Of a stretch of 64,000 nt of DNA, positions 43,448-55,500 are shown piece by piece (position 1 is the stretch's first letter; the number at the start of each line of letters is the position of its first letter). A program made the translations under genes and the position numbers. The notes under the pieces were generated by a model that searched no databases, was not told the origin of the DNA, and worked only from the letters and a program-made list of their open reading frames with translations. Source of the stretch: Eledone cirrhosa (taxonomy: Eukaryota); contig CAXHJY010001608.1 of assembly GCA_964016885.1 (NCBI GenBank), positions 36,596 through 100,595 of the forward strand. Reading direction: 5' to 3'.

Positions 43448-45739
43448 GATGAACATTTATTATGGTGAAATATGTTGGAAATCATTCTCAGATGTTTTGT
43501 ATTGTAATTAACAAATACATCCTGTAGAAAGTACCCCTTCATATTACTTGTCATTAAGGGCTATTACAGAGACACAATCTCATTTCATTGTTGAGGGTGG
43601 TGGATTGGCAGAATCACTAGAGTGTCAGACGATATGTCATATAGTTACATCCCTTTACATTCTGAATTAAAATCCTACTGAGGTTAGCTTTAATTTTCTT
43701 CCTCACAGGTTCAGTAAAATAATTGTTTCTACTATTGGCACAAGGCCAGCAATTACCCAGTGCAATTCTGGTACTTTATTTTATCGACCCCGTAAGGATG
43801 AGTTCATAGACTGACCAAGTTACTCTCATGGAATGAGACAATGTATACATACAAATATATACTATATATATGTATACAAACACATATATATTGTATAGTG
43901 AAGTCATACAACATATGGTAATATCATGTTTTCAATTGTCAGTTAGGGAGGTACATTGTGTCCTTAAGCAAGACACATCATTCCACATGTCTCTAATCTC
44001 CACAGCTGAAAAAGACAAGTATCAGCTTTAGTTGGAGGTTTAGCATGGGTTGGATCATTCCCGGCCTCCAACATTTTCCCTGCAGCCACAAACCCAGGCT
44101 TTACTACCTGTAATATAAGAGAAGAGGGAGATAGTTAAATACCGGGGCCTGACAAACCACTTCCTCTTTGTCCCCACACTGCTGATTTCCTCCTCAAAAT
44201 TAGAAAGACAGCAGACTACTTGAGGAAGTAGTCCCATGAGGTGGGGTGGATGTTGTAGTGGGTGTCTCTGTCTATTCTCTGTGGTAACACCTTTGCCATT
44301 TTGTCTGTAGGGTGGGGCTGAATCACAGCTCAGACTGAAATATAAAGTCTGTCCCTCTCCCGTTATTTTCGTTGCATTGGCAGTGTTGGTAGAGCGTCGG
44401 ACGCCATGCTTTGTAGCATAGAGTTTCCTCCCTTTATGATCTCAGTTCAAATCCCGCGAGGATTAACTTTGCCTTTCATCCTTACGAGGTTAATAAAATG
44501 AAGTACCAGTAATACACTGCTTTAATTGCTGGCCTTGTGCCAAAAGTAGAAACAATTATTTTCGTTGTTTGATTCGTTTTTTTTTTTTTTCCATTACTTA
44601 AATATTTTATTACCTTTAATAATGTGTTTTGGTTTAATATGAACAGTTATATAACATTAATAACGTTATTTATTCAAATCTGAATAAAGTACTAGAATAT
44701 CTATTGAACGCATGAATCTAAACTATAATAAAAGGAGGAGCGTGGGACTGCGTACGGTTTATAATTGTTTGTCCCATTAGTAAAATAAGTTGGATTACTT
44801 TGAATAAATAATGAATGAATATTACATAATTTATCTACTAAATTTCGTGGCTGTTGATTAAATATATTTTGTTTATTTAAAGATTCACTTCTTTAAAATT
44901 TCTGAAATGTCAACACTTCCGGTTGGTCATCGCTTCAATAAACATACTAATTTTCTGTCACTAATTTTCTCCTAATGCAGTTTATATATAATATCGTCTT
45001 TTTTAATGTATCATGGATTACGTTACTGATTACATAAGACAGTGTAACACAGTCTTCGTTCAATTTGTGTGTATTATATATTGTCAATTACGATTTTATT
45101 TGATGTATCATATCTACATGTATATATACTTGTGTATAATATCAATATACACACTACACATGCTAACAGAAAACCACCCAAAGGTGGTTTTCTGCTAGTT
45201 CATATAACGGAAGTTGTTTCTGAATGTATTAAATTATGTAGGGGACTTTCAAGTCATGACACCGGTGTCAACTAGACAGTGGAAAGTTATCTACAGTGGC
45301 TCCATCGTTACAACTTATATCCACATTTATGTTACATTTCCATTTCTTAAATATTTTATTACCTTTTATATTGTGTTTTGTTTTAATATGAACAACTATG
45401 TAAAATTAATAATGTTATTTATACAAATCTGAATAAAGAACTAACATATAGATTGAAGATGTGAAGTAATATAACGGAAGTTGTTTCTGAATGTATTAAA
45501 TTATGTGGGGGACTTTTAAATCATGACACCGGTGTCAACTAGACGGTGAAATATTACCATTTATATCAGCTCCATTGTTACAACTTAAACCTCATCTAAT
45601 TTTATCTTTTATGGTGACTATTTCATATTAAGGTGGACGTTAATGTTTGTAAATAACATAAGGTGACTTATTTACCTGATAGTTGTTGTTTTATCACCTG
45701 TATTATTAAATATTGAAGTGGTTGTTCAACATTTTACAG

Positions 45740-45828
45740 GTCAGGAAAATATTATTTTAATCAGAAATCAGTGAACATTTAGTTTTTACTAACTTTTCTT
45801 GACTTTATATTTGGTCTTGAAAACTAAA
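45740..45828 (+). other. Probable 89-bp non-coding exon of the C2H2 gene; paralog at 48525-48613
   Basis: Acceptor ttttacag and donor aa|gtacgt are conserved in both paralogous copies. Confidence 0.4.
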
Positions 45829-46430
45829 GTACGTATTATTTCGTTTTCCACCACAACACAAACATTGTGAACTTTTCTATCTGAAGTGAAATATCTTGAT
45901 TTATTACAACACCTACACACATATTTCTACACACACACACGTCTACTTCTCTCTTTCATACGTACACACTGTATGTCTGTATATATATATGTATATATAT
46001 TAACCTTCATCTTTTGAAATGATGGATATTAATTCTCTTGTCACCTGAACTGTCCTCAATAACAAGAACCTTAACTATAGAAGTCTTATTCGTCTGTTTT
46101 ATGAGCTGAGGATGTTATTGTGAATAGAGCTTCTCTCACCTTAACAATAATAATAGTGGTATATTCCACAATAATCACACACACACATACACTTATATAT
46201 AAGCACTTGCCTTTTCTTCATCCAAGATCAGTCTTACACTGTCACATGTCTTATTACTTTACCAACTAAATGCTACATTACAACTTGTAGAAGAAGAAAG
46301 CAGACTTCTGCAGTCTTTTATGGAACCTTTGTATATTAGAATACATGGCATCTATTAACGATACCTACATTTCTTAATGTATAAGTATAAGTGGTGAGAA
46401 TCCTTTATGTAAAGATCACTAGCTAGAAAT

Positions 46431-47360
<930 letters not shown>

Positions 47361-47456
47361 ACCCCATCACTGTGAAATGTGAAACACACATATACAGACA
47401 CACTCTGGAAGGAAGAATATAAAATGTGAAGCTTGAAAAATCCTTATCTTATACTT

Positions 47457-47890
47457 ATCATCATCACCGTTTTACGTCATGTGACCTCGTCTTGCTCGTA
47501 CGGGAACTGATTTTGGCTTGATTTCTACAGCTTGATGTCCTTCTTAACACAAAACCTCATTTACTGTGTGTGCTAGGTGCTTTTTTTAACCATGGTACCT
47601 ACACAGCCACTTTACTCTGGGGGCTGGGTGTTTTTTTGTTGACCACTTTGCAGTGGGTGGTGATAGGGACATATTTGTCTATATGCTTCAGCTTCGACTT
47701 GTAGCCGTGTGAAGTCAGGTCTTCTGTATTACTGCATGATGCCAGAGGGCACCGTCCTGCATCATCGCTTTTGAGAGGTGCAATTGGGCAAGGTCAGCTT
47801 TTATCACCTCTTCCTGGATCTCCCCACTCCATGGCTTCCAGCGACATTTAGTGCTCTGCACCTTTTAATGCAGCTGTCATCCTTCATATG
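47457..47890 (-). mobile_element. RTE LINE 3' fragment
   Basis: Homologous to 39560-40080. Confidence 0.8.
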
Positions 47891-48283
47891 CATCTATATA
47901 TATATACTCTATCAAATGGAAGAAGTATACTGCCATATATTGAAGATTACTACAATATCTACGGAGCAAAGGACAAGATATGCCAGACATTCCTACCAAT
48001 GAAGGGATGACCTGATAAGCTGGCTCCTGTGGTGGATACCTAAACATAGTAAAACCCTAGTGGGATGACTGAAAATGACCTACATAGATCAGATGTCTAG
48101 GGATGTTCTACTGGGGATTAATGATCTCAAGAAGGCCATGAAATAATAATATATATATATGTACGTATGGGTTTACTAAATATTTATTATAATGCTCGGT
48201 TTGTTTGTAAACAAACAGCCCGAATTAAGCCGTACAGTGTTCGGCAACCATCGTTGCCCTTTTGTTCAACACTGACAAAGGAA

Positions 48284-48324
48284 CGATGAACTAGTTTCTA
48301 GCTTATTAGCTGTCATCAACACCG
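48284..48324 (-). ncRNA. Degenerate type I hammerhead
   Basis: Minus strand reads cggtg-TTGATGA-cagctaataagcta-GAAA-ctag-TT-catcg, with a C3>U change in the core. Confidence 0.45.
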
Positions 48325-49153
48325 TATACCTTCCTGTCAACTGATTGAACATCTGAAAGTATATACTTTCCTTATGCATATTAATGGCTGAGCAGCCTAA
48401 TTTGAATATTGAGTGAGTTAGTTGGCCGGGCGCACCTAAAGCGATAAATGGAAACACATGAAATTTCATTTCTCACTCTTAGTACGGCTGTTACTTCAAT
48501 ATAAGTATGTTCAACATTTTACAGGACAGGAAAATATTATTTTAATCAGAAATCGGTGAACATTTAGTTTTTACTAACTTTTCTTGACTTTATATTTGGT
48601 CTTGACAACTAAAGTACGTATTATTTCCTTTTCCACCACAACACAAACATTGTGAACTTTTCTATCTGAAGTGAAATATCTTGATTTATTACAACACCTA
48701 CACACACGTCTATTTATTTCTCTCTTTCATACCTACACACTGTATGTATGTATATATATATGTCATCATCATCATCATCATCAGCGTTTAACGTCCGTGT
48801 TCCACGCTTGCATGGGTTTGGACGGGGGTAGTCCCACTTGAGGCAAGAGTGATTGTCTTGCTCGCATAGGACTGTCTGGCAGGTTTTCTACAGTTGGATG
48901 CCCTTCCTAACACCAACCACATTTACAGTGTGGGTCTGGGAGGTTTTTACCGTGTTGCCTACACGGCCACATTACAGCGTGGACTGTGTGTTTTTTTGTC
49001 GTGACACCTACACGATCTCATTTGTTTCGGCCTCGATGGCGCGGCACCAACATAACTTTACATAGAACGGGGTGGTGTGGATCGGGTGGGGGTGGTGGGA
49101 CGGGGTGTATTTGTTAGAGATGCCTACTGGCTGGAGTAGGTTTTACTATATAT

Positions 49154-52100
49154 TTAGGTAAGGCGGGTCTTCTCTGTTACTGAGTACCGCCAAAGGTCTC
49201 GGTCCAGTGACATTGTCTTGGAGAGGTGTAAGTGTGTGATGTCGGAGTTTATCAGCTCGTCCCAGGTTTTTCTAGGTCTGCCTATTCCGTGACTACCGTC
49301 TATCTTTATTGCCCTGCACTTTGTTATACAGCTATCGACTTTCATGCGCATCACGTGTCCATACCAACGTAGCCTTCTCTCGAGTAAACAACATCTGATC
49401 CCTCTTATCTCTAATTTATTCCTTAGTTCGTTTATGCTTTGCCGTTCACGTATATTACTGTTACACATCCAGCGGAGCATGCAAGCTTCGTTCCTCTCTA
49501 GTCTGCGTATATCCTCTGCACACAATGCCCAGGTCTCACTGCCATGCAGCATTGCTGTTCGTATGCAGGCATCGTACAACCTGCCTTTCATTTTTAGTGA
49601 GAACCCTTTAGCAGCTAATAGTGGTATAAGCTCTCTGAACTTTTTCCAACCAGTTCTGACTCTAGCTACAGTACTTTCAGAGCACCCTCCCCCACTGCTG
49701 ATTTTATCGCCCAGGTAACGGAAGCTGTCCACTATTTCTATAGAACCCTCTGCGCAATTGAAAGAGCTAGTAGTTTGTGGGCACTTGCTGCTACTTATTG
49801 CACCAGAGCACCGGCCACATGTAAAATCTATGTTCTTAGTTAGCCTACCTGTGATCCCACTACATCTTTTATGCACCCATACTTTGCATTTAGGACATAA
49901 AATGGAGTTTCTACCTACGCCTTTCCTACACACCGAGCACGACCATTTCCCAGAAGGGACCGCCGCCTTGTTTTCTTTCCTACAAACTAGTACTTTGGTC
50001 TTAGCCAGGTTAATTTTAAGTCCTTTTGACTCTAGGCCGTGCTTCCATGTTTGGAATTTCTTCTCTAGCTCGGCCATTGATTCCGCTATGAGTGTCAGGT
50101 CGTCTGCGTATAGGAGTTCCCATGGGCAGCCTGTCTTGAACTCCTCTGTTATGGCCTGAAGGGCAATAATAAATAGTAGTGGACTGAGAACAGAGCCCTG
50201 ATGGACGCCGACTTTTACGCTAAACTCTTCACTATATTCGTTGTTAATTCTAACCTTGCTGACTGTTTCTTTATATATGGCTTGTATAGCCCTCACAAGC
50301 CATTCGTCAACGCCTAGTTTTCTAAGAGCCCACCAGATAATGGAGCGGGGGACTCTGTCGAAGGCTTTCTCCAAGTCGACAAAAGCTAAGTAGAGGGGTT
50401 TACCTTTAGCTAGGTACTTCTCTTGTAGTTGTCGTACTATGAAAAGAGCGTCTGTGGTACTTTTGCCTGACACAAACCCGAACTGCATTTCATCTAGGTC
50501 AATTCTCTCTCTGATTAGCTGCGCTATTACTCTTTCCGTGACCTTCATGACCTGGTCGATTAATTTAATGCCTCTATAGTTACTCCTATCTAGGGCGTCT
50601 CCTTTACCCTTATAACAGTTAACGATGATGCTGCTATGCCAGTCCTTCGGAACAACCCCGTTTTGTACGACTTGGTTAACTATGCGGGTGACCATGGTGT
50701 GTCCCACCGTGCCAGATGCCTTCAGCATCTCAGCAACTATTTCCGAAGGCCCAGCCGCCTTACCAGTCTTCATATCCTTGATTGCCTTACTTATTATACT
50801 CCCCTCGACTAACACTGCTGGTCCCTCTATTGGGTCGATATGGGGGAGACTGCCTTTCTCCCAATTATTCTCCTCATTTAGAAGCCTTTCATAGTGACAC
50901 TTCCAAGCTACCTTCTTATCAGCGTCGGTGATGGCAAGTGTGCCATCGTCGTTTAGTACACACTTCTCCCCGACAATATCACGGTTTTCCTTGACGCATT
51001 GCCTAGCAATCCTGAACACCTCACGTTTTTGGTCATTGCGTTGTAGAACATGCTTGAACTTTCTTTCCTCAGCTTCCCTTCTTGCTAAGTACACTTGTCT
51101 CCTAGCTTCCCTCCTGGCCACTTGATAGTCCTCTCTACTTCCCCCATCCCGCCATACTTTCCAAGCCTGCTTTTTGGCCTTAATTGACCCCTCCACCTTA
51201 CTGTTCCACCACCATGTTACTCTCCTCCTGCCTACAGGCCTGCTCCAGCCACAGACCTCGTCTGTCGCCAACAGCAGGTTTGCTTTCAGAAATTCCCACT
51301 CTCCCTCTATATTGTCCGACTCTAAATGTTCTTCCTTACTGTCGAAAGCATCAAGTAATATGCTTTGAAATTTATTCCTGGCTGTGGGGTCCTTTAACTT
51401 CCATATTTTCCTCCTGAGGATAGTCCTCTTCTGTTGTCGAGTACGTCTCGTCCTGACTATGAGGTCGCTAATTATCAGTCTATGTTGGGAGGTGCATTCT
51501 TCATGGGGGAGGGATTTAGTGTTAACAACAGACACTCTGTCACGTCTTCTGGTAAGGATATAATCTACCTGGCTTGTGTGTTCCCCGGATCTATAGGTGA
51601 TCAGGTGATTGTCACGTTTTTTGAAGTTAGTGTTACAGATAGTTAGGTTATTTGCATCACAGAATTCCAGGATTCTGGAGCCTTCCTCATTTCTAGTACC
51701 AAACCCATAGCCTCCATGGATTTCGTCGTAGCCGTCACAATGTTGTCCAACGTGACCATTTAGGTCGCCTGCGATAATTATATAGTCACTGTCGGATATT
51801 TGGGAGGTAGTTAGCATCAGTGTCTCATAGAATCTGTCTTTTATAGTGCCGGGCAGTCCGGATTGGGGTGCGTACGCAGATATTACTGTCACCGTAGTTC
51901 TATTGAGGACAAGTCGTATTTTAATTATTCTGTCGTTCACTCTATTTACGTCTATTATCTTATCTGCCCACTTTTCTGCTACCATGATTCCTACTCCACC
52001 CAGCCCATCGTCGTTTCCCACCCAGAAAAGCTTATAACAACGTTTTTTACCCTCAATGAACCTAGCAGACCCACCCCTCCACCTGGTCTCTTGAATACAA

Positions 52101-52516
52101 CAAACATCGACCTCCTTACGTTCAAGCATTTCTACAACCTCGTTAGCGCGACCCTTTAGGGTGCCTACATTTATGGTACCAACTCTGAAGTTTTGGATTG
52201 CGTTTGGGGGTTGGGGGCGGTGAGGGGCGGGGGGCGATGGTGTTATGTTAGCCGTCCGTGGTCGAAACAATGAGGAGTGCTCGCATTCTCGTCCAAGGGG
52301 TGAATTTGTCTTTATCTTTGGCATTGTCGCTGAGCGTCCAGATTTTTCTCTCTCACCTCCACTCTCCAGGATTCCGCAGTCCATCCATCCATCATATATC
52401 GTATATCGAAAGGCAACCAGGCAAGCGATAGTATAGGCCTCTGGTTTCTGATTGGTCCGCGTAATAATACTGGTGATACGTGGGGGCTGTTTTATGATTG
52501 GTCCACGTAATAGCAA
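49154..52516 (-). CDS. RTE-clade LINE polyprotein: APE endonuclease, reverse transcriptase and C4HC3 finger (first ATG at 52384, 1076 aa)
   Basis: 1120-codon open frame; APE motifs GTINV, CIQETRW, SAYAP, GDLNGH, VDYIL and SQH; RT motifs DLEKAFD, QGSVLSP, YADD and YLG; C-terminal RLRWYGHV...GRPRKTW. Confidence 0.96.
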   Translation of the reverse strand: MLLRGPIIKQPPRITSIITRTNQKPEAYTIACLVAFRYTIYDGWMDCGILESGGEREKSGRSATMPKIKTNSPLGRECEHSSLFRPRTANITPSPPAPHRPQPPNAIQNFRVGTINVGTLKGRANEVVEMLERKEVDVCCIQETRWRGGSARFIEGKKRCYKLFWVGNDDGLGGVGIMVAEKWADKIIDVNRVNDRIIKIRLVLNRTTVTVISAYAPQSGLPGTIKDRFYETLMLTTSQISDSDYIIIAGDLNGHVGQHCDGYDEIHGGYGFGTRNEEGSRILEFCDANNLTICNTNFKKRDNHLITYRSGEHTSQVDYILTRRRDRVSVVNTKSLPHEECTSQHRLIISDLIVRTRRTRQQKRTILRRKIWKLKDPTARNKFQSILLDAFDSKEEHLESDNIEGEWEFLKANLLLATDEVCGWSRPVGRRRVTWWWNSKVEGSIKAKKQAWKVWRDGGSREDYQVARREARRQVYLARREAEERKFKHVLQRNDQKREVFRIARQCVKENRDIVGEKCVLNDDGTLAITDADKKVAWKCHYERLLNEENNWEKGSLPHIDPIEGPAVLVEGSIISKAIKDMKTGKAAGPSEIVAEMLKASGTVGHTMVTRIVNQVVQNGVVPKDWHSSIIVNCYKGKGDALDRSNYRGIKLIDQVMKVTERVIAQLIRERIDLDEMQFGFVSGKSTTDALFIVRQLQEKYLAKGKPLYLAFVDLEKAFDRVPRSIIWWALRKLGVDEWLVRAIQAIYKETVSKVRINNEYSEEFSVKVGVHQGSVLSPLLFIIALQAITEEFKTGCPWELLYADDLTLIAESMAELEKKFQTWKHGLESKGLKINLAKTKVLVCRKENKAAVPSGKWSCSVCRKGVGRNSILCPKCKVWVHKRCSGITGRLTKNIDFTCGRCSGAISSSKCPQTTSSFNCAEGSIEIVDSFRYLGDKISSGGGCSESTVARVRTGWKKFRELIPLLAAKGFSLKMKGRLYDACIRTAMLHGSETWALCAEDIRRLERNEACMLRWMCNSNIRERQSINELRNKLEIRGIRCCLLERRLRWYGHVMRMKVDSCITKCRAIKIDGSHGIGRPRKTWDELINSDITHLHLSKTMSLDRDLWRYSVTEKTRLT
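52451..52508. promoter_or_regulatory. Paired CCAAT-box composite motifs in the LINE 5' region
   Basis: ATTGGTCCGCGT at 52451-52462 and ATTGGTCCACGT at 52497-52508. Confidence 0.4.
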
Positions 52517-52552
52517 TGGTGGTGTGTGGGGGTGGGAGGGAGGGGTGTTGGG

Positions 52553-55500
52553 TAGCTAGCAAGAAGGTAATGATTGAGATGGGTCTATGCATTTAACAAG
52601 CGATTAACAAAAATACAAAATTTGTTCAGTTAAATACGTCCAAAAACCTAAACGTATTTAGCACTTAATAGGAACAGAAAATGTGTAGTTTGTTTTAGCG
52701 ATAGAATGGCTATTTGGACTTGAAATACGAAATGAGAGAGAGAGAGGAGAGAGAGATGAAGTCTGTACCTTATGTTTACATGATTTTCTTTCGGACAGCA
52801 GGCAAAGAAATGAAATTTGGCGAAGTGAATTCCTATCATATATTTATAGGGAGAGAGAGAGAGAGAGAGAGAGAGAGTGCGAGGGTAGGGGGCCACATGA
52901 TGGCTGTGGGTGTTAGGCGTTTGACCGCCCCGTGCCTTCGAAGAAGGAAGAAGGAAAGGATTTTGCTTTTTTGCTTTTTTTGGGGTTTGAAAATACGTTA
53001 GGAATTAAGGTTTGAAAATAGCTAGCAAGAAGGTAATGATTGAGATGGGTCTATGCATTTAACAAGCGATTAACAAAAATACAAAATTTGTTCAGTTAAA
53101 TACGTCCAAAAACCTAAACGTATTTAGCACTTAATAGGAACAGAAAATGTGTAGTTTGTTTTAGCGATAGAATGGCTATTTGGACTTGAAATACGAAATG
53201 AGAGAGAGAGAGGAGAGAGAGATGAAGTCTGTACCTTATGTTTACATGATTTTCTTTCGGACAGCAGGCAAAGAAATGAAATTTGGCGAAGTGAATTCCT
53301 ATCATATATTTATAGGGAGAGAGAGAGAGAGAGAGAGAGAGAGTGCGAGGGTAGGGGGCCACATGATGGCTGTGGGTGTTAGGCGTTTGACCGCCCCGTG
53401 CCTTCGAAGAAGGAAGAAGGAAAGGATTTTGCTTTTTTGCTTTTTTTGGGGTTTGAAAATACGTTAGGAATTAAGGTTTGAAAATAGCTAGCAAGAAGGT
53501 AATGATTGAGATGGGTCTATGCATTTAACAAGCGATTAACAAAAATACAAAATTTGTTCAGTTAAATACGTCCAAAAACCTAAACGTATTTAGCACTTAA
53601 TAGGAACAGAAAATGTGTAGTTTGTTTTAGCGATAGAATGGCTATTTGGACTTGAAATACGAAATGAGAGAGAGAGAGGAGAGAGAGATGAAGTCTGTAC
53701 CTTATGTTTACATGATTTTCTTTCGGACAGCAGGCAAAGAAATGAAATTTGGCGAAGTGAATTCCTATCATATATTTATAGGGAGAGAGAGAGAGAGAGA
53801 GAGAGAGAGTGCGAGGGTAGGGGGCCACATGATGGCTGTGGGTGTTAGGCGTTTGACCGCCCCGTGCCTTCGAAGAAGGAAGAAGGAAAGGATTTTGCTT
53901 TTTTGCTTTTTTTGGGGTTTGAAAATACGTTAGGAATTAAGGTTTGAAAATAGCTAGCAAGAAGGTAATGATTGAGATGGGTCTATGCATTTAACAAGCG
54001 ATTAACAAAAATACAAAATTTGTTCAGTTAAATACGTCCAAAAACCTAAACGTATTTAGCACTTAATAGGAACAGAAAATGTGTAGTTTGTTTTAGCGAT
54101 AGAATGGCTATTTGGACTTGAAATACGAAATGAGAGAGAGAGAGGAGAGAGAGATGAAGTCTGTACCTTATGTTTACATGATTTTCTTTCGGACAGCAGG
54201 CAAAGAAATGAAATTTGGCGAAGTGAATTCCTATCATATATTTATAGGGAGAGAGAGAGAGAGAGAGAGAGAGAGTGCGAGGGTAGGGGGCCACATGATG
54301 GCTGTGGGTGTTAGGCGTTTGACCGCCCCGTGCCTTCGAAGAAGGAAGAAGGAAAGGATTTTGCTTTTTTGCTTTTTTTGGGGTTTGAAAATACGTTAGG
54401 AATTAAGGTTTGAAAATAGCTAGCAAGAAGGTAATGATTGAGATGGGTCTATGCATTTAACAAGCGATTAACAAAAATACAAAATTTGTTCAGTTAAATA
54501 CGTCCAAAAACCTAAACGTATTTAGCACTTAATAGGAACAGAAAATGTGTAGTTTGTTTTAGCGATAGAATGGCTATTTGGACTTGAAATACGAAATGAG
54601 AGAGAGAGAGGAGAGAGAGATGAAGTCTGTACCTTATGTTTACATGATTTTCTTTCGGACAGCAGGCAAAGAAATGAAATTTGGCGAAGTGAATTCCTAT
54701 CATATATTTATAGGGAGAGAGAGAGAGAGAGAGAGAGAGAGTGCGAGGGTAGGGGGCCACATGATGGCTGTGGGTGTTAGGCGTTTGACCGCCCCGTGCC
54801 TTCGAAGAAGGAAGAAGGAAAGGATTTTGCTTTTTTGCTTTTTTTGGGGTTTGAAAATACGTTAGGAATTAAGGTTTGAAAATAGCTAGCAAGAAGGTAA
54901 TGATTGAGATGGGTCTATGCATTTAACAAGCGATTAACAAAAATACAAAATTTGTTCAGTTAAATACGTCCAAAAACCTAAACGTATTTAGCACTTAATA
55001 GGAACAGAAAATGTGTAGTTTGTTTTAGCGATAGAATGGCTATTTGGACTTGAAATACGAAATGAGAGAGAGAGAGGAGAGAGAGATGAAGTCTGTACCT
55101 TATGTTTACATGATTTTCTTTCGGACAGCAGGCAAAGAAATGAAATTTGGCGAAGTGAATTCCTATCATATATTTATAGGGAGAGAGAGAGAGAGAGAGA
55201 GAGAGAGTGCGAGGGTAGGGGGCCACATGATGGCTGTGGGTGTTAGGCGTTTGACCGCCCCGTGCCTTCGAAGAAGGAAGAAGGAAAGGATTTTGCTTTT
55301 TTGCTTTTTTTGGGGTTTGAAAATACGTTAGGAATTAAGGTTTGAAAATAGCTAGCAAGAAGGTAATGATTGAGATGGGTCTATGCATTTAACAAGCGAT
55401 TAACAAAAATACAAAATTTGTTCAGTTAAATACGTCCAAAAACCTAAACGTATTTAGCACTTAATAGGAACAGAAAATGTGTAGTTTGTTTTAGCGATAG

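Larger units (their letters stand above)
48764..52552 (-). mobile_element. Intact full-length RTE LINE body: 5' region, ORF, 3'UTR and (ATG)n tail
   Basis: Uninterrupted ORF; 3'UTR 48785-49153; (CAT)n at 48764-48783. Confidence 0.97.

Noticed and set aside
48745-48763. Clean target-site duplication for the 14.7-kb insertion
   Set aside because: Only tatgt or tatgtatatatat is shared, in low-complexity sequence, and tatgt is also part of the monomer; a TSD cannot be told from microhomology
52888-52945. Resemblance of gggggccaca...gcgtttgaccgcccc to the CPEB3/HDV ribozyme start
   Set aside because: P1, P1.1 and P2 pairings could not be completed, and it is antisense to the LINE
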